Shown here in pieces: positions 44,691 through 53,316 of a stretch of DNA of 64,000 nt (positions within the stretch are counted from its first letter, which is position 1; every line of letters starts with the position of its first letter). A model generated the notes under the pieces. It worked only from the letters and a program-made list of their open reading frames with translations. It had not been told where the DNA came from and did not search any database. The DNA is from Candidatus Magasanikiibacteriota bacterium. Lineage in GTDB: Bacteria > Patescibacteriota > Patescibacteriia > Magasanikbacterales > GWA2-37-8. Location: the NCBI GenBank assembly GCA_009694865.1, contig SICD01000001.1, positions 403 through 64,402 on the forward strand, in the 5' to 3' direction. A program made the translations under genes and the position numbers.

Positions 44691-44800
44691 AATTTCAAAT
44701 ATCAAAATCCAAATGTCAAACCAAGTTCAAAATCCAAAAACCAATTTTTGACATTATGGCTTTGGATTTGATTTGGCATTTGACATTTGTCGTTTGGATT
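44691..44800. repeat. Leader repeat family C (aaatccaaatgtcaaa / tttgacatttg motifs) between rpsB and tsf. A related copy lies upstream of rplY at 52700-52830.
   Basis: caaaatccaaatgtcaaaccaagttcaaaatccaaaaacc...ggatttgatttggcatttgacatttgtcgtttggattttt. It contains TTGACA motifs in the sense orientation of tsf. Confidence 0.55.
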
Positions 44801-44801
44801 T

Positions 44802-45668
44802 TTAAACAACCTCTTGCGTTTTAATCACCCGGCGTTCTTTTTTAGAAGCGTACGGAGTAACTGACTCGGCCGGAATAGCGCTGGCCACAATTTTAGGCAT
44901 CGCGGCCGCTACTTTAACTTCCCCGCCCGAGGCGGGTCCGCCTTGGGAGGATTGCTCTTTAAGCAAAGCTTTAGTTTTTTCATAATCTGCCTTGCCTTCT
45001 TTCACCGCTTCAGCCATTAAATTCACTATCATCTTAATGGAATTCACCGCGTCATCATTCGCGGGAATGGCATAATTAACTTTGGTAGGGTCAACATTGG
45101 TGTCGCAAACTGCCACCATGGGAATATTCAAACGCACCGCTTCAGCCACCGCGGTTTTTTCTACCCGCAAATCAGCAATATACAAAGCGTCCGGTAATTT
45201 TTCCAGAGTTACCAAACCAGCCAAATACTTTTCCATTTTCTCAACTTGTTTTTGAAACACTACCTGTTCTTTTTTCGTGTACTTTTCAATTTCACCAGTC
45301 GCGAACATTTCTTTAATACCTTTATACTTCTTCATGCGACGTTTAAACTCATCAAAATTGGTTATGAGTCCGCCAATCCAGCGTTCGGTTAAGTACGGCA
45401 TACCACAATCGAGCGCGGCCACTTTAACCAATTCGCGCGCCTGGCGCTTGGTGCCAACAAATAAAATAACCTTGCCTTTAGCGGCGAGGTCGTGCACGTA
45501 CTGGAGCGCGCTTGCGAGTTGCTCCAAAGTTTTGTCTAAATCAATCACGTGCACGCCATTACGCAGACCAAAAATATAGGGCTGCATTTTAGGGTGCCAG
45601 CGTGACCGTTGGTGGCCAAAATGGACGCCTGCTTTAAGCATTTCCATGAGGCTTGGTAGCTGTGTCAT
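44802..45668 (-). CDS. rpsB: 30S ribosomal protein S2
   Basis: MLKAGVHFGHQRSRWHPKM and ...ITNF.... There is a C-terminal extension. Confidence 0.9.
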   Translation of the reverse strand: MTQLPSLMEMLKAGVHFGHQRSRWHPKMQPYIFGLRNGVHVIDLDKTLEQLASALQYVHDLAAKGKVILFVGTKRQARELVKVAALDCGMPYLTERWIGGLITNFDEFKRRMKKYKGIKEMFATGEIEKYTKKEQVVFQKQVEKMEKYLAGLVTLEKLPDALYIADLRVEKTAVAEAVRLNIPMVAVCDTNVDPTKVNYAIPANDDAVNSIKMIVNLMAEAVKEGKADYEKTKALLKEQSSQGGPASGGEVKVAAAMPKIVASAIPAESVTPYASKKERRVIKTQEVV

Positions 45669-45805
45669 AATATTTTTTTCCTTATTACTCCTCTCAACCT
45701 AACCCACGGGAATGGCCCAGGGAGGAAAATGTCCGCCAAAAGCGGAGGTTGATGAGATATTTAAAGTATCATCAGTATATAGGAAAACTAAGAATCAGTC
45801 AAGTC

Positions 45806-45834
45806 TTGACACCCCCAGCGAGTAATGTTATACT
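45806..45834 (+). promoter_or_regulatory. Sigma70-like promoter TTGACA-N17-TATACT upstream of rpmE
   Basis: ttgaca at 45806-45811, a 17-nt spacer, tatact at 45829-45834. Confidence 0.5.
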
Positions 45835-45855
45835 CTTTTCACTTATAAAAATCAT

Positions 45856-46164
45856 ATGAAAACCAAAATTCATCCCGAATATCATACCGATTGCCAAGTC
45901 ACCTGCGCTTGCGGTAATAAATTCGTAACCGGCTCCACACTAAAAGAACTTCGCGTGGAACTGTGCAACCAATGCCATCCTTTTTATACCGGCAAACAAA
46001 AATTCGTTGACACCGCCCGCCGCGTCGAAAAGTTTGAGGAAAAAATGGGCAAAGTAAGCGCTGTCGCCGCCAGTCGCAAAGGCAAAAAAGTAAAAAAGGC
46101 CGTCGCAACTGCTAAAAAGGAAGCGAAGAAAAAGGAAGCCAAAACCGCCGCGACCGAAAAATAG
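45856..46164 (+). CDS. rpmE: 50S ribosomal protein L31 with a Lys/Ala-rich C-terminal extension
   Basis: [28 protein letters not shown]...[12 protein letters not shown], with a 30-aa basic tail. Confidence 0.8.
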   Translation: MKTKIHPEYHTDCQVTCACGNKFVTGSTLKELRVELCNQCHPFYTGKQKFVDTARRVEKFEEKMGKVSAVAASRKGKKVKKAVATAKKEAKKKEAKTAATEK

Positions 46165-46222
46165 CTAAAATTTTCAAAACAGACTATACTATTGTTAGTC
46201 TGTTTTTGTTTAGTATTTCACT

Positions 46223-46336
46223 TGTCATCCCGAGCGAGGCTCGCGCCGACGAGGTCTCGCGATCCCTCGTAGGGGAATCTCTGTCCGTCGGTTGTTGATT
46301 GAGCCAGAGATTCCTCCTTCGTCGTCGGAATGACAA
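46223..46336. repeat. MITE family A copy abutting the prfA start codon
   Basis: cttgtcatcccgagcgaggctcgcgccgacgaggtctcgcgatccc...cttcgtcgtcggaatgacaa. The prfA ATG is 4 nt after the element. Confidence 0.7.
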
Positions 46337-46339
46337 TTG

Positions 46340-47422
46340 ATGACCGACCATGAAAAATATATGCTCGCCAAGTACTCGCATCTCTTAACCAAGTTCAAAT
46401 CCCTCGAAACCTCTTTGCAAAATCCAGAGGTTATTAATGATGCCAAAAAATTAAAGGACGCCTCCCAGGAATATACCGATATGAAACCGGTCGCGGAAAA
46501 AATCTCTGAATTGTATTCAATTGAAAAGAATATTGCCGAGACAGATTTAATGCTCGCGAGCGATGGTGATACCGAAATACAAAACTTGGCCACTGGCGAG
46601 CTACTCGAACTCCGAGACAAAAAAACCGCTCTGGAAACCAAACTCGCCGACCTCACCCGCCCTCAAGACCCCCTTAATAAAAAAAATGTGATTGTGGAAA
46701 TTAGGGCCGCGGCCGGGGGCGACGAATCGGCCCTATTCGCGGCCGAGCTGTTCCGCATGTATTCCAAATACGCGGAAAGTAAAAAATGGAAAACCTCGTT
46801 TATCGATTCCAGTCAAATTGGCATTGGCGGATTTAAAGAAGTGCTTTTTTCGGTTAAGGGGCATGACGTCTACAAAGATTTAAAATGGGAAATGGGCGTG
46901 CACCGCGTGCAACGCGTGCCCGAAACCGAAAAAGCCGGCCGGGTGCACACCTCCACCGTAACGGTAGCGGTGATGCCCGAAATTGAGGAAACTGAATTAA
47001 AAATTGATCCTAAAGACTTGCGTATCGACACCATGACCGCCGGCGGCCACGGCGGGCAGAGCGTGAATACCACCTATTCGGCGGTGCGCATTGTGTATAT
47101 TCCCACCGGTATGATTGTACAATGTCAGGATGAGCGTAGCCAGCAAGCCAACCGGGAAAAAGCCATGGCGGTACTCCGCGCGCGCCTGTTTGACATTGAA
47201 CGAGCCAAAAAAGCAGAGGAACTATCGGCCAAACGCCAAGCGCAAATCGGCACCGGCGATCGCAGTGAAAAAATCCGTACCTACAACTTCCCCCAAGACC
47301 GCATTACCGACCACCGAATTCATGCCAGCTGGAATAATATTGGCACGATTTTAGAAGGCAACTTAGAGCCAATTATTACCGCGCTACAAAAAGCGGAGCA
47401 TGAACAACAAGACAAAGATTAA
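46340..47422 (+). CDS. prfA: Peptide chain release factor 1
   Basis: GGQ motif [18 protein letters not shown], and an RF1-type PxT tripeptide region [18 protein letters not shown]. Confidence 0.9.
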   Translation: MTDHEKYMLAKYSHLLTKFKSLETSLQNPEVINDAKKLKDASQEYTDMKPVAEKISELYSIEKNIAETDLMLASDGDTEIQNLATGELLELRDKKTALETKLADLTRPQDPLNKKNVIVEIRAAAGGDESALFAAELFRMYSKYAESKKWKTSFIDSSQIGIGGFKEVLFSVKGHDVYKDLKWEMGVHRVQRVPETEKAGRVHTSTVTVAVMPEIEETELKIDPKDLRIDTMTAGGHGGQSVNTTYSAVRIVYIPTGMIVQCQDERSQQANREKAMAVLRARLFDIERAKKAEELSAKRQAQIGTGDRSEKIRTYNFPQDRITDHRIHASWNNIGTILEGNLEPIITALQKAEHEQQDKD

Positions 47423-47455
47423 AAGACTGGAAGATTACAAGATTGCCATTTGACA

Positions 47456-47470
47456 CAATCTTCTAATCTT
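47456..47470 (+). repeat. Left 15-bp direct repeat (caatcttctaatctt) flanking high-GC cassette B
   Basis: It is identical to 47937-47951. The extended similarity is gattgcca...caatcttctaatctt versus gattgtcgcaatcttctaatctt. Confidence 0.7.
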
Positions 47471-47525
47471 TTGATCTTTCTCTGATCAAACCGCGCCAGC
47501 GGATTCTGGAATTTTGGAGGGAAAC

Positions 47526-47831
47526 ATGCCGGGACCGGGAGTAAGTCGTTGGCACCGAGTGCTGCTGGCACTCGATCTGTGCGTCGAGCAAGTGCGAATG
47601 GCGCTGTCATTGCCGGCGCCGGGAAACATCGAGTTGATTCGTCTCCAGCATCGCTGGGTGCGGAGAAGGCTCGGACTGGAAAGGCGGCATGAGGCTGTTA
47701 TCTTTTGGTTCGATGGCGGAAAGACCGGCATCTGCCAAATGTGTAACGAAGACGTGGCTTTCGAGCAGGGGGGAAGCCACCCGACCAATTGCCCGGGCCC
47801 GCCCAACACCACCGACCGTTCTGGCCGGTGA
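47526..47831 (+). CDS. Small hypothetical Cys-containing protein (101 aa) on high-G+C cassette B
   Basis: ggagg at 47516-47520 precedes the ATG at 47526 (MPGPGVSRWHRV...CQMCNEDV...NCPGPP). It is G+C-rich and has its own terminator at 47865-47897. The antisense ORFs 47419..47610 and 47486..47812 are rejected. Confidence 0.5.
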   Translation: MPGPGVSRWHRVLLALDLCVEQVRMALSLPAPGNIELIRLQHRWVRRRLGLERRHEAVIFWFDGGKTGICQMCNEDVAFEQGGSHPTNCPGPPNTTDRSGR

Positions 47832-47864
47832 AGAGCGATGCCGGCGCTAACCCCGGCTCATCCA

Positions 47865-47897
47865 AAAACAGCTTTTTTAAAAGGCTGTTTTTGTTTG
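47865..47897 (+). terminator. Rho-independent terminator of cassette B
   Basis: aacagc-ttttttaaaag-gctgtt followed by tttgttt. Confidence 0.5.
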
Positions 47898-47936
47898 CGT
47901 TGACTGAAGTGTGGTGGTACAGTACGATGATTGTCG

Positions 47937-47951
47937 CAATCTTCTAATCTT
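47937..47951 (+). repeat. Right 15-bp direct repeat (caatcttctaatctt) flanking cassette B, 8 nt upstream of the prmC ATG
   Basis: Identical to 47456-47470. Confidence 0.7.
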
Positions 47952-47958
47952 AAAATTC

Positions 47959-49083
47959 ATGCCAACTATCAAAATTTTACAAAAACGATACCATAGCCAA
48001 ATAAACGAGCTTGACTTTAGCATTCTTCTCGCTCACGCTATTAACAAACCGCGAGAATTCCTCTACGCTCACCCCAACTTTCCGCTTTCCGCTTTCGCCT
48101 ACGCGCGCCTAAGGTATTTTTTGTTTCACTACAAACGCGGCTATTCCGTTGCCGCCATTACCCACCATAAAGAATTTTACGGGTTAAATTTTTATGTGAA
48201 CAAAGACACCCTCATCCCCCGCCCCGAAACTGAACTGCTGGTTGAAGAAGCCATTGCGGCAATTAAAACCCCCCCCTCGCGGGGGGGCTCGGGGGGGTGT
48301 TGGCTCATCGACGTTGGCACTGGGAGCGGGTGTATTCCAATCACGATCGCCACACACCTCAATTGTCATCCTGAGCGCAGCGAAGGATCTCTGTCTCAAT
48401 CGGGAGCGGACAGAGATTCTTCGATCGCTAAGCTCCCTCAGAATGACAGTTTAAAAATATTTGCGACGGACATTTCTAAATCAGCGCTTCGCGTCGCCCG
48501 TAAAAACGCTCGAATACAAAATGTATCCATAAACTTTTTACACGGTAACCTCCTCGAACCGTTCGTAAAACAGATCAACACCGCAACACATCAACACCGC
48601 AACACTTTAACAATTGAACAATTGAACAATCAAACTATTATAATAACAGCAAATCTTCCGTATCTTACTCCGATTCAATTCGAAGCCGAACCAAGTATCC
48701 AACGCGAACCTCGCTCCGCCTTGGTTGCGGAAAATAGCGGCCTCGCATTGTACGAAAAATTGTTACAACAAATTTCTCATCTTTCTCCGTCTGTCATTTC
48801 GACGACACGTTCGCTACGCTCAGTGCAGGCTCCGGAGGAATCTCTGGCTCAATCGGCAAAACGGACAGAGATTCCCCTACGAGGGATCGCGAGACCTCGT
48901 CGGCCGCGAGACCTCACTCGGAATGACAAACTAAAAATGATCATTTTTTTCGAAATCGATCCTTCCCAAACACAAAAAATATCCTCTCTCGTAAAAACCT
49001 ATCTTCCTTTGGCCTCTATCGAAATAAAAACCGACCTCGCGGGGCGAGATCGGGTGGTGAAAATTAACCTTACGTTACCTTAG
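47959..49083 (+). CDS. prmC: Release-factor glutamine N5-methyltransferase (PrmC/HemK) carrying three in-frame repeat insertions
   Basis: NLPY variant of NPPY (ITANLPYLTP) and a SAM-binding motif IDVGTGSGCI. The product is about 90 aa longer than typical PrmC. The extra segments coincide with hairpin 48271-48287, MITE 48364-48449 and MITE 48792-48929. Confidence 0.75.
   Translation: MPTIKILQKRYHSQINELDFSILLAHAINKPREFLYAHPNFPLSAFAYARLRYFLFHYKRGYSVAAITHHKEFYGLNFYVNKDTLIPRPETELLVEEAIAAIKTPPSRGGSGGCWLIDVGTGSGCIPITIATHLNCHPERSEGSLSQSGADRDSSIAKLPQNDSLKIFATDISKSALRVARKNARIQNVSINFLHGNLLEPFVKQINTATHQHRNTLTIEQLNNQTIIITANLPYLTPIQFEAEPSIQREPRSALVAENSGLALYEKLLQQISHLSPSVISTTRSLRSVQAPEESLAQSAKRTEIPLRGIARPRRPRDLTRNDKLKMIIFFEIDPSQTQKISSLVKTYLPLASIEIKTDLAGRDRVVKINLTLP
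48364..48449. repeat. MITE subfamily A2 copy in-frame within prmC
   Basis: attgtcatcctgagcgcagcgaaggatctctgtctcaatcgggagcggacagagattcttcgatcgctaagctccctcagaatgacag. Confidence 0.65.
48792..48929. repeat. MITE family A copy in-frame within prmC
   Basis: ctgtcatttcgacgacacgttcgctacgctcagtgcaggctccggaggaatctctggctcaatcgg...gggatcgcgagacctcgtcggccgcgagacctcactcggaatgacaa. Confidence 0.65.
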
Positions 49084-49084
49084 T

Positions 49085-50647
49085 CTAGCGCTTCCTCTTT
49101 CTTTTTTTATGAACATCTCTTTTCTGTTCCGCTTTTTCCACTTCCTGCTTACGACGACCGAAGCGATGCAATAAACCAAGGGCTGCTATCACTGCAGTGG
49201 TAATAATGGTGACTTCTCCCGCCCCACCGGTACAAGGGCCTGGTGCGCTCTCTCGATGTAAACCCGGTTTCGTTGCTGATTGGCTTGATGTTACATTGTG
49301 CTCTGGCAAAACACCCAAACCAGGCTTCTGTTTTGCCTCAAGACGTTCATACAGTTTTCTTGCCAAATGTTCTAGCTTGGGCGGATCCAAAGCCAAACTT
49401 GGCAAAAAAAATAATGCTTGGTTTTTTTCGCTGATACCAGAATCATTACGAAATTGTAACCCGTAATACTCCGGCTTAGCAAGAATCTCTTCCACAGCTG
49501 CTGCTCGCAAGTTTTCTGCCGCCACTTGATGACCGGCATCGGTCAAATTATTCCGATGAGCTTCATCCGAAATATACACAACATCCATGAGTGCGCGCAC
49601 CTTATCCTTAGCAAATAATAAATGACCTACGGCACCATACGACTCCGCTCGAGCTGATTGTTCATTTTCTAATTTAGCCTCTTGACTGGCTGAACGTACT
49701 CCTGGCTGAGGCATAAAATCTGCTTGGTAGCTACTACTTTGTCTATGCAACAGATGCCCAGACTCATGTGCGATAGAATTAGCTTCCTGATTAAAATTAG
49801 AAAATGTTTGTGTATAAAATATCCGCATGAGGCGCTGCGAAGCTCCAATTGTCGCCCATTTATTTTGTTCACTGCCGCTCTTGGCAGCAATATGATTCCA
49901 CATAAAAGCATCATCCTTATCGGCGAAATAAACTAAATATTGTGGTCGCTTCTGGATTCGCTCATCGTGTACCGCTCGTAAAAGTCCTTCATCAAGAACA
50001 ATACTATTCCTAGCATTATGAGCTTCTTCTATGTTGCCGCCTCTGCGAACAGATGCGCCATTAATAACCAATTGATCCACCATGACAATTTGACGCGGGT
50101 ACTCACGACCATTAAACATGAGGCTGTCATTTTTAACTTTGTGTATACGACGTAGTTCAAATTTAGGAATACGAGCTACTACTTTATCGTGCTCATCCGT
50201 CGCTTTATCAGCACCAATGGTTACCCAAACCCCGTGCTCAGCGAGTATTTTGGGAATATCCTGAAGCAAAAGTCGAAAAAACTTTTCTTCCGAATATGCC
50301 ACATGACGATTCAACAATTTGTTTCCTGCCTCCCATAACGCTGCGTGATCGGTAGGCCCAGGAATTCGACCTCGAGCGATAATCGAATCATGCGCATTTT
50401 GAAGCGCGACCATTTCTTCTACTATTTTAGCGACTGGCTTTGGCAATTCTCCTTGTGATTCGCGGCATTGTGGCGTTGAATTATCAAGTTCAAAGGCAAG
50501 ATTTTGAATTAAAAATTGAACTTCGGGTGATTGGTAAAAATTTTCTCCAGCTTCGGCACGACCTTCTTGAGTAATTTTGCCAACAGCTAATGCGGCGCCT
50601 GCAGCTAACCCAGCCTCAAGAAAACTTCTTCTAGAAATATCACTCAT
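49085..50647 (-). CDS. Tat-signal protein with an HExxH zinc-metallopeptidase-like motif and a C-terminal TM plus Lys/Arg-rich tail. It is A+T-richer than its neighbours.
   Basis: Twin-arginine motif MSDISRRSFLEAGLAAGAALAVG. Motif IAHESGHLLH. C-terminal ...VTIITTAVIAALGLLHRFGRRKQEVEKAEQKRDVHKKRKRKR. Codon usage (AGA/AGT-rich) differs from the backbone. Confidence 0.55.
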   Translation of the reverse strand: MSDISRRSFLEAGLAAGAALAVGKITQEGRAEAGENFYQSPEVQFLIQNLAFELDNSTPQCRESQGELPKPVAKIVEEMVALQNAHDSIIARGRIPGPTDHAALWEAGNKLLNRHVAYSEEKFFRLLLQDIPKILAEHGVWVTIGADKATDEHDKVVARIPKFELRRIHKVKNDSLMFNGREYPRQIVMVDQLVINGASVRRGGNIEEAHNARNSIVLDEGLLRAVHDERIQKRPQYLVYFADKDDAFMWNHIAAKSGSEQNKWATIGASQRLMRIFYTQTFSNFNQEANSIAHESGHLLHRQSSSYQADFMPQPGVRSASQEAKLENEQSARAESYGAVGHLLFAKDKVRALMDVVYISDEAHRNNLTDAGHQVAAENLRAAAVEEILAKPEYYGLQFRNDSGISEKNQALFFLPSLALDPPKLEHLARKLYERLEAKQKPGLGVLPEHNVTSSQSATKPGLHRESAPGPCTGGAGEVTIITTAVIAALGLLHRFGRRKQEVEKAEQKRDVHKKRKRKR

Positions 50648-50658
50648 AATAAAACAAA

Positions 50659-51708
50659 TTAATTCATCACCATCACAACTAAGCTTTCTGGCACCACTTC
50701 TACCCACATCTTCCCTGGCGGAAACACAATCTCACTGCCGTTTGCATCATAAAATTTCGTGCGGGTGGAGACACTTGGTTTTTTCCACGAGCCACGAAAT
50801 AATTGACCATTAAACAAAATTCTGGCATTGCCGCTTCCCACGGTGGCAAACTCACGCCTGCCTTCGGCATCAAGAACACTCACCGGCATAAACTGAACAA
50901 TCACCGTGGTAGCAGACATTGGCAATTTGTCGTCGCCAAACTTCGCCTCGTCATTTATAAAACGCTCATAGCTACTGCTGGCCTTATTAAATTTCCAGGC
51001 AACAGAATAATCCAAGGTAAAAGGTAAAATCACTCCCCCAACTAGTTCCGTGGACGCACTCACGCGAATAGTCTTCGTAGTCGCAAATTTCCAACTCTCA
51101 AAATTGGTCGCGGTGTTCACGGGGCGGGATAAGAGCAAAGACTGCCACAAACTACTAGAGGTAAATAAATCATGCGGGGCTATGGCTATTTTGTCGCGCC
51201 AATAATATTTGCCCCAATAAAATTCATTCACATCGCGCACCGGCGGAGGATTGTTTTTCAGATACTCAAGGGCTACTGGCGAACCGCCGGAATGAAGATA
51301 AAGCGGATTGCCATACTCCCTTAGCCAATCGATGTAATACGGCCGGGCGCTCCGAATGGGCCCGAGTTTATAAACAGTCTGGTCGGACGTAAACAATGCT
51401 AAGTACCGTGTAATTCCTCCCTCGGCTAACGCCTCGTAGACTACCTTGGCGCTCGAAAGCCTTGCCTGATACTCCCAAGCTTCCGGATTGTTGTCTATCA
51501 TGGCACCTAAGACTACCCCCTCATTTTCCTTAGCCGTTAATCCCGAACCATTGAGCTTACTAAAATGCGTGTACCCCGGGCCAGTTGGCCGACGCACAAT
51601 TTTTCGTCCTAAAACCAATTGCGGGGCAGTAATTACCGCGCTTGCCAAATCAAAGGCAACCACAATAATTACCAATAAACCCGTGAGAAGTAAATATTTT
51701 TTGTGCAT
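50659..51708 (-). CDS. DUF3048 (YerB-like) family lipoprotein or secreted protein
   Basis: Signal peptide. DUF3048 pattern ...GPIRSARPYYIDWL... Confidence 0.55.
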   Translation of the reverse strand: MHKKYLLLTGLLVIIVVAFDLASAVITAPQLVLGRKIVRRPTGPGYTHFSKLNGSGLTAKENEGVVLGAMIDNNPEAWEYQARLSSAKVVYEALAEGGITRYLALFTSDQTVYKLGPIRSARPYYIDWLREYGNPLYLHSGGSPVALEYLKNNPPPVRDVNEFYWGKYYWRDKIAIAPHDLFTSSSLWQSLLLSRPVNTATNFESWKFATTKTIRVSASTELVGGVILPFTLDYSVAWKFNKASSSYERFINDEAKFGDDKLPMSATTVIVQFMPVSVLDAEGRREFATVGSGNARILFNGQLFRGSWKKPSVSTRTKFYDANGSEIVFPPGKMWVEVVPESLVVMVMN

Positions 51709-51722
51709 AGGGTAAATTCAGT

Positions 51723-51839
51723 GCGTCATTGCGAGCGAGATAATTGTGGTCGTCCCGACGGCGGTCGGGACAATCCCTTCGTTTTAAGAAGTTTTTAAGC
51801 TAGGGGATTGCCACGTCGCTTCGCTCCTCGCAATGACGC
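51723..51839. repeat. MITE-like element, subfamily A3 (termini gcgtcattgcgag...ctcgcaatgacgc)
   Basis: gcgtcattgcgagcgagataattgtggtcgtcccgacggcggtcgggacaatccc...ggggattgccacgtcgcttcgctcctcgcaatgacgc. Confidence 0.65.
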
Positions 51840-51952
51840 CATCATAACACAAAACAAAAACCCCGACAATCGCCGGGGTTAATCTGTTTAAATCATCACA
51901 AAATCTGTCTAAATCTGTGTTACTTTTTCTCTGCCCTTGCCTCGCCATAGCT

Positions 51953-52699
51953 TTACGCGGAGGCAGGCTTCTTCTTGTCGTCTTTCTTAGCTTCAGCCGC
52001 TTTATCCGCCGTAGCTTTAGCGGAGGCGGACGGAGCTCCTGCGGCACCCTCCGCGCCTTCTTCAGGAGCCTTCTCGGGCTTGGCCGATTCAATCTTCGCC
52101 AAATCAACCGTAACCGAACCAGCTGTTTCCATCGCCTTAATTTGTTCCTCGGTCAAAGCCGGAGCCGCTTTAACCACCAAAGCATCCTCCTGCGGACTCA
52201 AAATTTTAATACCGGCCGGTAACACAAAATCTTTAATTTTTATAACATCCTCGTAGGAATTAAGCCCCGCGATGGAAATATCAATATGTGAAACTAAATC
52301 CTGCGGCAAACACTCTACTTCCACGGTATGCACGCTGGTTACAATAGTTCCACCGGAAGCTTTAATCACCGGCGCTTCCCCAATAAAACGAAGCTCAACC
52401 GGCGCTTTCATTTTTTTACTCATATCAATTCGTTTCAAGTCAACATGAATAATGCGGTCGCTCACCGGGTCATGCTGAACTTCTTGGACAATCACCTTGC
52501 CCACACTGGCGCCATCAACAAGCAAATCCACCAAGGTAGATTCACCAGCGGCCCGATAGAGTTTTACAAAATCCGAATAACCAAAGGACACCGACTCCGA
52601 AATGGTCTTCGCGCCATACACAACACCGGGAAGCTGACCTTCGTAGCGTGTCTTTTGTCCTTTTACCGAACGCTTCATTGCGGTGAGTTGAAAGTTCAT
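51953..52699 (-). CDS. rplY: 50S ribosomal protein L25 / general stress protein Ctc, with an Ala/Lys-rich C-terminal tail
   Basis: MNFQLTAMKRSVKGQKTRYEGQLPGVVYG, the L25 N-terminus. The likely ATG is at 52697-52699. Confidence 0.85.
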   Translation of the reverse strand: MNFQLTAMKRSVKGQKTRYEGQLPGVVYGAKTISESVSFGYSDFVKLYRAAGESTLVDLLVDGASVGKVIVQEVQHDPVSDRIIHVDLKRIDMSKKMKAPVELRFIGEAPVIKASGGTIVTSVHTVEVECLPQDLVSHIDISIAGLNSYEDVIKIKDFVLPAGIKILSPQEDALVVKAAPALTEEQIKAMETAGSVTVDLAKIESAKPEKAPEEGAEGAAGAPSASAKATADKAAEAKKDDKKKPASA

Positions 52700-52830
52700 A
52701 TATTTATTCAAATTTCAAATTACAAATGTCAAATCAAATCCAAAATCCAAATTTTAAAACCATCACATTTGAGCTTTGAGCTTGATTTGACATTTGGATT
52801 TTGTCATTTGGCATTTGCTGCGTTAGTAAT
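52700..52830. repeat. Leader repeat family C copy upstream of rplY
   Basis: caaatttcaaattacaaatgtcaaatcaaatccaaaatccaaa...ttgatttgacatttggattttgtcatttggcatttg. Same motifs as 44691-44800. Confidence 0.55.
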
Positions 52831-52844
52831 TTCTTTAAAATCAA

Positions 52845-53186
52845 TTATTGTCGAGTCGCTTCCTTTTGGAACTCATCTTGTAACATAAATTGGTACCCAT
52901 CAATAATCTCATCCACCGTAATTGATTCGGCCGTGTGGAGCCGTTCCACGTCAGCAAAATTTAAATCTGTTACCATACCCACCGAACTAAGACCCTGTCC
53001 CAAAAGCACAATCATGGCCACAAAACCACTCCCACAACCCTGGCACGTCAGGTGCACCAGGCTCGCTGTTTCATTTTTAGCAAAAATTTTAGCCGCGTCA
53101 GGCTCGTAATCGGCCTTACAAATTGGGCAACGGCTCATCATTTTAAGCGCCTCCCGCCATCTATCCGATTGAGAAACAGACTTCAT
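52845..53186 (-). CDS. Small zinc-ribbon protein (CxxC...CxxC), hypothetical
   Basis: ...MMSRCPICKADYEP...LTCQGCGSGFVAMIVLLG.... Backbone-like composition. Confidence 0.4.
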   Translation of the reverse strand: MKSVSQSDRWREALKMMSRCPICKADYEPDAAKIFAKNETASLVHLTCQGCGSGFVAMIVLLGQGLSSVGMVTDLNFADVERLHTAESITVDEIIDGYQFMLQDEFQKEATRQ

Positions 53187-53240
53187 ATGGCTTGAAAGTA
53201 GGACAATACTAATGTATTAGACAAAAAATGTCAAGAGGTT

Positions 53241-53286
53241 AAGAGTATAAATACTCTTGACGTCACTTACTAGTATAGACTATAGT
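53241..53286 (+). promoter_or_regulatory. Perfect 18-bp palindrome (aagagtataaatactctt) overlapping a putative promoter (TTGACG-N18-TATAGT) of cassette C. Candidate operator.
   Basis: Palindrome 53241-53258, -35 ttgacg at 53257-53262, -10 tatagt at 53281-53286. Confidence 0.4.
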
Positions 53287-53316
53287 GAACCTGTCGTCAA
53301 ACCAAGGAGGCTCCCG

